This document shows positions 62,353 through 64,000 of a stretch of 64,000 nucleotides of DNA, in pieces. The notes beneath the pieces were generated by a model that did no database searches, was not told the DNA's origin, and saw only the letters and a list, made by a program, of their open reading frames with translations. Numbering within the stretch: the stretch's first letter is position 1; each line of letters opens with the position of its first letter. Made by a program: the position numbers and the translations under genes. This DNA is from Gloeobacterales cyanobacterium (lineage in GTDB: Bacteria; Cyanobacteriota; Cyanobacteriia; Gloeobacterales; PMM-0068), in NCBI GenBank assembly GCA_038245785.1, contig JBBRSB010000007.1, positions 64,001-128,000 on the forward strand. Reading direction: 5' to 3'.

Positions 62353-63177
62353 CTATTTAGTCTCTGGTATTTGTGCAGCAAAAGTATGAACTGCTTGCAC
62401 CAAATCTTCTGGAGTACCAATGTCCAGGTAAGGGTCACCATCAAAAATCTCTGCTTCTACGCGCAAACCGTTGTCTATTGCCGCCTGAATCAGATTGCCC
62501 ATCGGGATTTCAGTTTGTTGGACTATATTTTTCTGCACTGAATCAGCAGCAATCACTGCCAGATATTGATGCATGAATTCTGTAAAAACGGGGTTCCATA
62601 CAGCGGTACACCAACTGTAGTGAGCAGTACTCTGGGCAGGTTTTTCTATGATCTGACGGACTCTCCCCTCAGTATCAAAGTCGACCATTCCTCCTTTCTC
62701 GGAATTTTCGAGGGGCCATACACCGACAACAACATCAGCCTTGCTCTTGAAAAGGCGTGTTAGCAAACGCTTAAATGCATCCTCAGGCTGAAAGAGAATA
62801 TCAGGAAAGCCCAAGGCTATAACGGCATGGTTGACGAAAGGATAGGCCTGATCCAAGGTGTAGGGAACGCCAAAGGGCAAGCGCATCATCAGGTAGCCTA
62901 GATTCATATCCAAAAGCAGGCCATCCCCAAAATAGGCGGGAATATCCCATTTACCGCTGCGCAGTACAAAATAAGCTTTGCGGATGCCCGCCCGCCGCAT
63001 TTTCTCCAGTAAATAATGACAAACGACTTTCGGTCTTGCGCTGCCATCTTCTAAATAGCGAAAGCCAATCGGGTACAGCTCTTTGCTACCTGGAAGAGGA
63101 GAGATCCGAGTCGCTTGTCCTCCTGCAGGTAGCAGCCCAATCACTTCCTGTTGCTCGTTGTCGTTGCCTACCATCAT
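62353..63177 (-). CDS. sugar-phosphate nucleotidyltransferase
   Basis: GLLPAGGQATR.SPLP.SKEL, GFPD, IEKP, YLDIGTPEDL. Confidence 0.9.
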   Translation of the reverse strand: MMVGNDNEQQEVIGLLPAGGQATRISPLPGSKELYPIGFRYLEDGSARPKVVCHYLLEKMRRAGIRKAYFVLRSGKWDIPAYFGDGLLLDMNLGYLMMRLPFGVPYTLDQAYPFVNHAVIALGFPDILFQPEDAFKRLLTRLFKSKADVVVGVWPLENSEKGGMVDFDTEGRVRQIIEKPAQSTAHYSWCTAVWNPVFTEFMHQYLAVIAADSVQKNIVQQTEIPMGNLIQAAIDNGLRVEAEIFDGDPYLDIGTPEDLVQAVHTFAAQIPETK

Positions 63178-63201
63178 CTGTCAGTAAAAGGACACAACTT
63201 C

Positions 63202-64000
63202 TTACTTAACAGCCGCAGGTGCTTTTGAGGGCGCAAAATACGCATTCTGTTCAGCCCTCAACTTATCGCAGAGTCTACCTACAGGCAGTTCCACATCCTC
63301 ATAGGTGAGCACTTGGTCTTTAGCAACATCTCGTTTCAAACGACAGTCTTCAGCTAAGCCCATCGGTAAGAGGTTTTGCGCCCGCGTTATCTCAGCATTT
63401 TCACATTGACCATAGGTCATGTAGTAGCCAATCCCATCCAGGGTTTCTCCTGCTTTCAGGTCTATTTTGGCTGTAGTGACAACCTCTACCAAGGGTCCTG
63501 CCAGAGGTGCCATAACGGCATCCTGGAACAGGACCGCACGAGCCACAGACAGCGGTACCTCAAAGTGACAAAGATGATAGGGCGTGTAGAAACTGTAGAG
63601 CGGACCTTCTCCTAACTTGTATAAATTCAGATAGTGCTGCTGCTTTGGGTCATCGTGGGTTGCGAATACGAATACACCGGGACCAGGCTTGGTCCCAACC
63701 ACATAATCAACAATGCCACCCAGTTGTTTGAGCTGCTCAACGTCATACATAGAGGTCATGTCATCAACATGTCCCTTAAAGTCGTATCCCAACATGCCGC
63801 GCTTAGCGATGGTCATTCCGGTGGCATTAGCCACTATGGCTTGTTCAAAGGAGATTTTTGTCCCGTCGGCAAAGCTCGTCACCATGTGAGGTTTTTGCCC
63901 CCACTGCTTGGCAAAAGCTTCCTGCGTGGTTGGATTACGGTACGGGTCCTGGAGACCTTTAATGTTTCCGCACAGTAGGGGTGTCAGTCCAATACTCTGG
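63202..64000 (-). CDS. homoserine-dehydrogenase-like NAD(P)-dependent oxidoreductase with a C-terminal SAF domain (partial; 5' end outside the window)
   Basis: SFADGTKISFEQ.IVANATG, PYHLCHFE, AK.DLKAGETLDGIG; the frame continues to the window edge. Confidence 0.88.
   Translation of the reverse strand, partial: QSIGLTPLLCGNIKGLQDPYRNPTTQEAFAKQWGQKPHMVTSFADGTKISFEQAIVANATGMTIAKRGMLGYDFKGHVDDMTSMYDVEQLKQLGGIVDYVVGTKPGPGVFVFATHDDPKQQHYLNLYKLGEGPLYSFYTPYHLCHFEVPLSVARAVLFQDAVMAPLAGPLVEVVTTAKIDLKAGETLDGIGYYMTYGQCENAEITRAQNLLPMGLAEDCRLKRDVAKDQVLTYEDVELPVGRLCDKLRAEQNAYFAPSKAPAAVK

Noticed and set aside
1..64000. CRISPR array, tRNA/rRNA, prophage, integrase or transposase
   Set aside because: No regularly spaced repeats, tRNA arms or recombinase motifs recognised by eye; a tRNAscan/Rfam run would be needed to exclude small RNAs.

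Overview
64 kb of cyanobacterial chromosome. Cyanobacterial-type genes include an SLH-porin, ugd, glgC and a SagB-like nitroreductase; HIP1 is scarce, so an early-branching Gloeobacterales-like lineage is possible but only inferred. Housekeeping genes (mnmG partial, aroK, recQ, era, PBP1A, argG, accD, bioD, serA, glgC, prfC, ugd, UDP-GlcA decarboxylase) are interleaved with small accessory modules. The best candidate for an undescribed system is an AT-rich, translationally coupled two-gene unit just downstream of argG (36193-34590). It encodes a Cap4-like PD-(D/E)xK nuclease and a uracil-phosphoribosyltransferase-fold protein whose PRPP/uracil motifs are rewritten, which suggests a possible nucleotide-sensing anti-phage module. 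Also notable are: a GH18-deacetylase-GT2 fusion facing a GH46 chitosanase and an acyltransferase (possible chitosan-like polymer system); a putative Pho-box phosphoesterase/HhH/porin unit; two HigBA loci with peptidase-fused antitoxins (one toxin truncated); a four-hairpin leader before a multicopper oxidase; several degenerate attC-like remnants; and REP-like repeats, one with a nested insertion. I recognised no rRNA, tRNA, CRISPR array, integrase or transposase. All family assignments come from motif recognition by eye, not from database searches.
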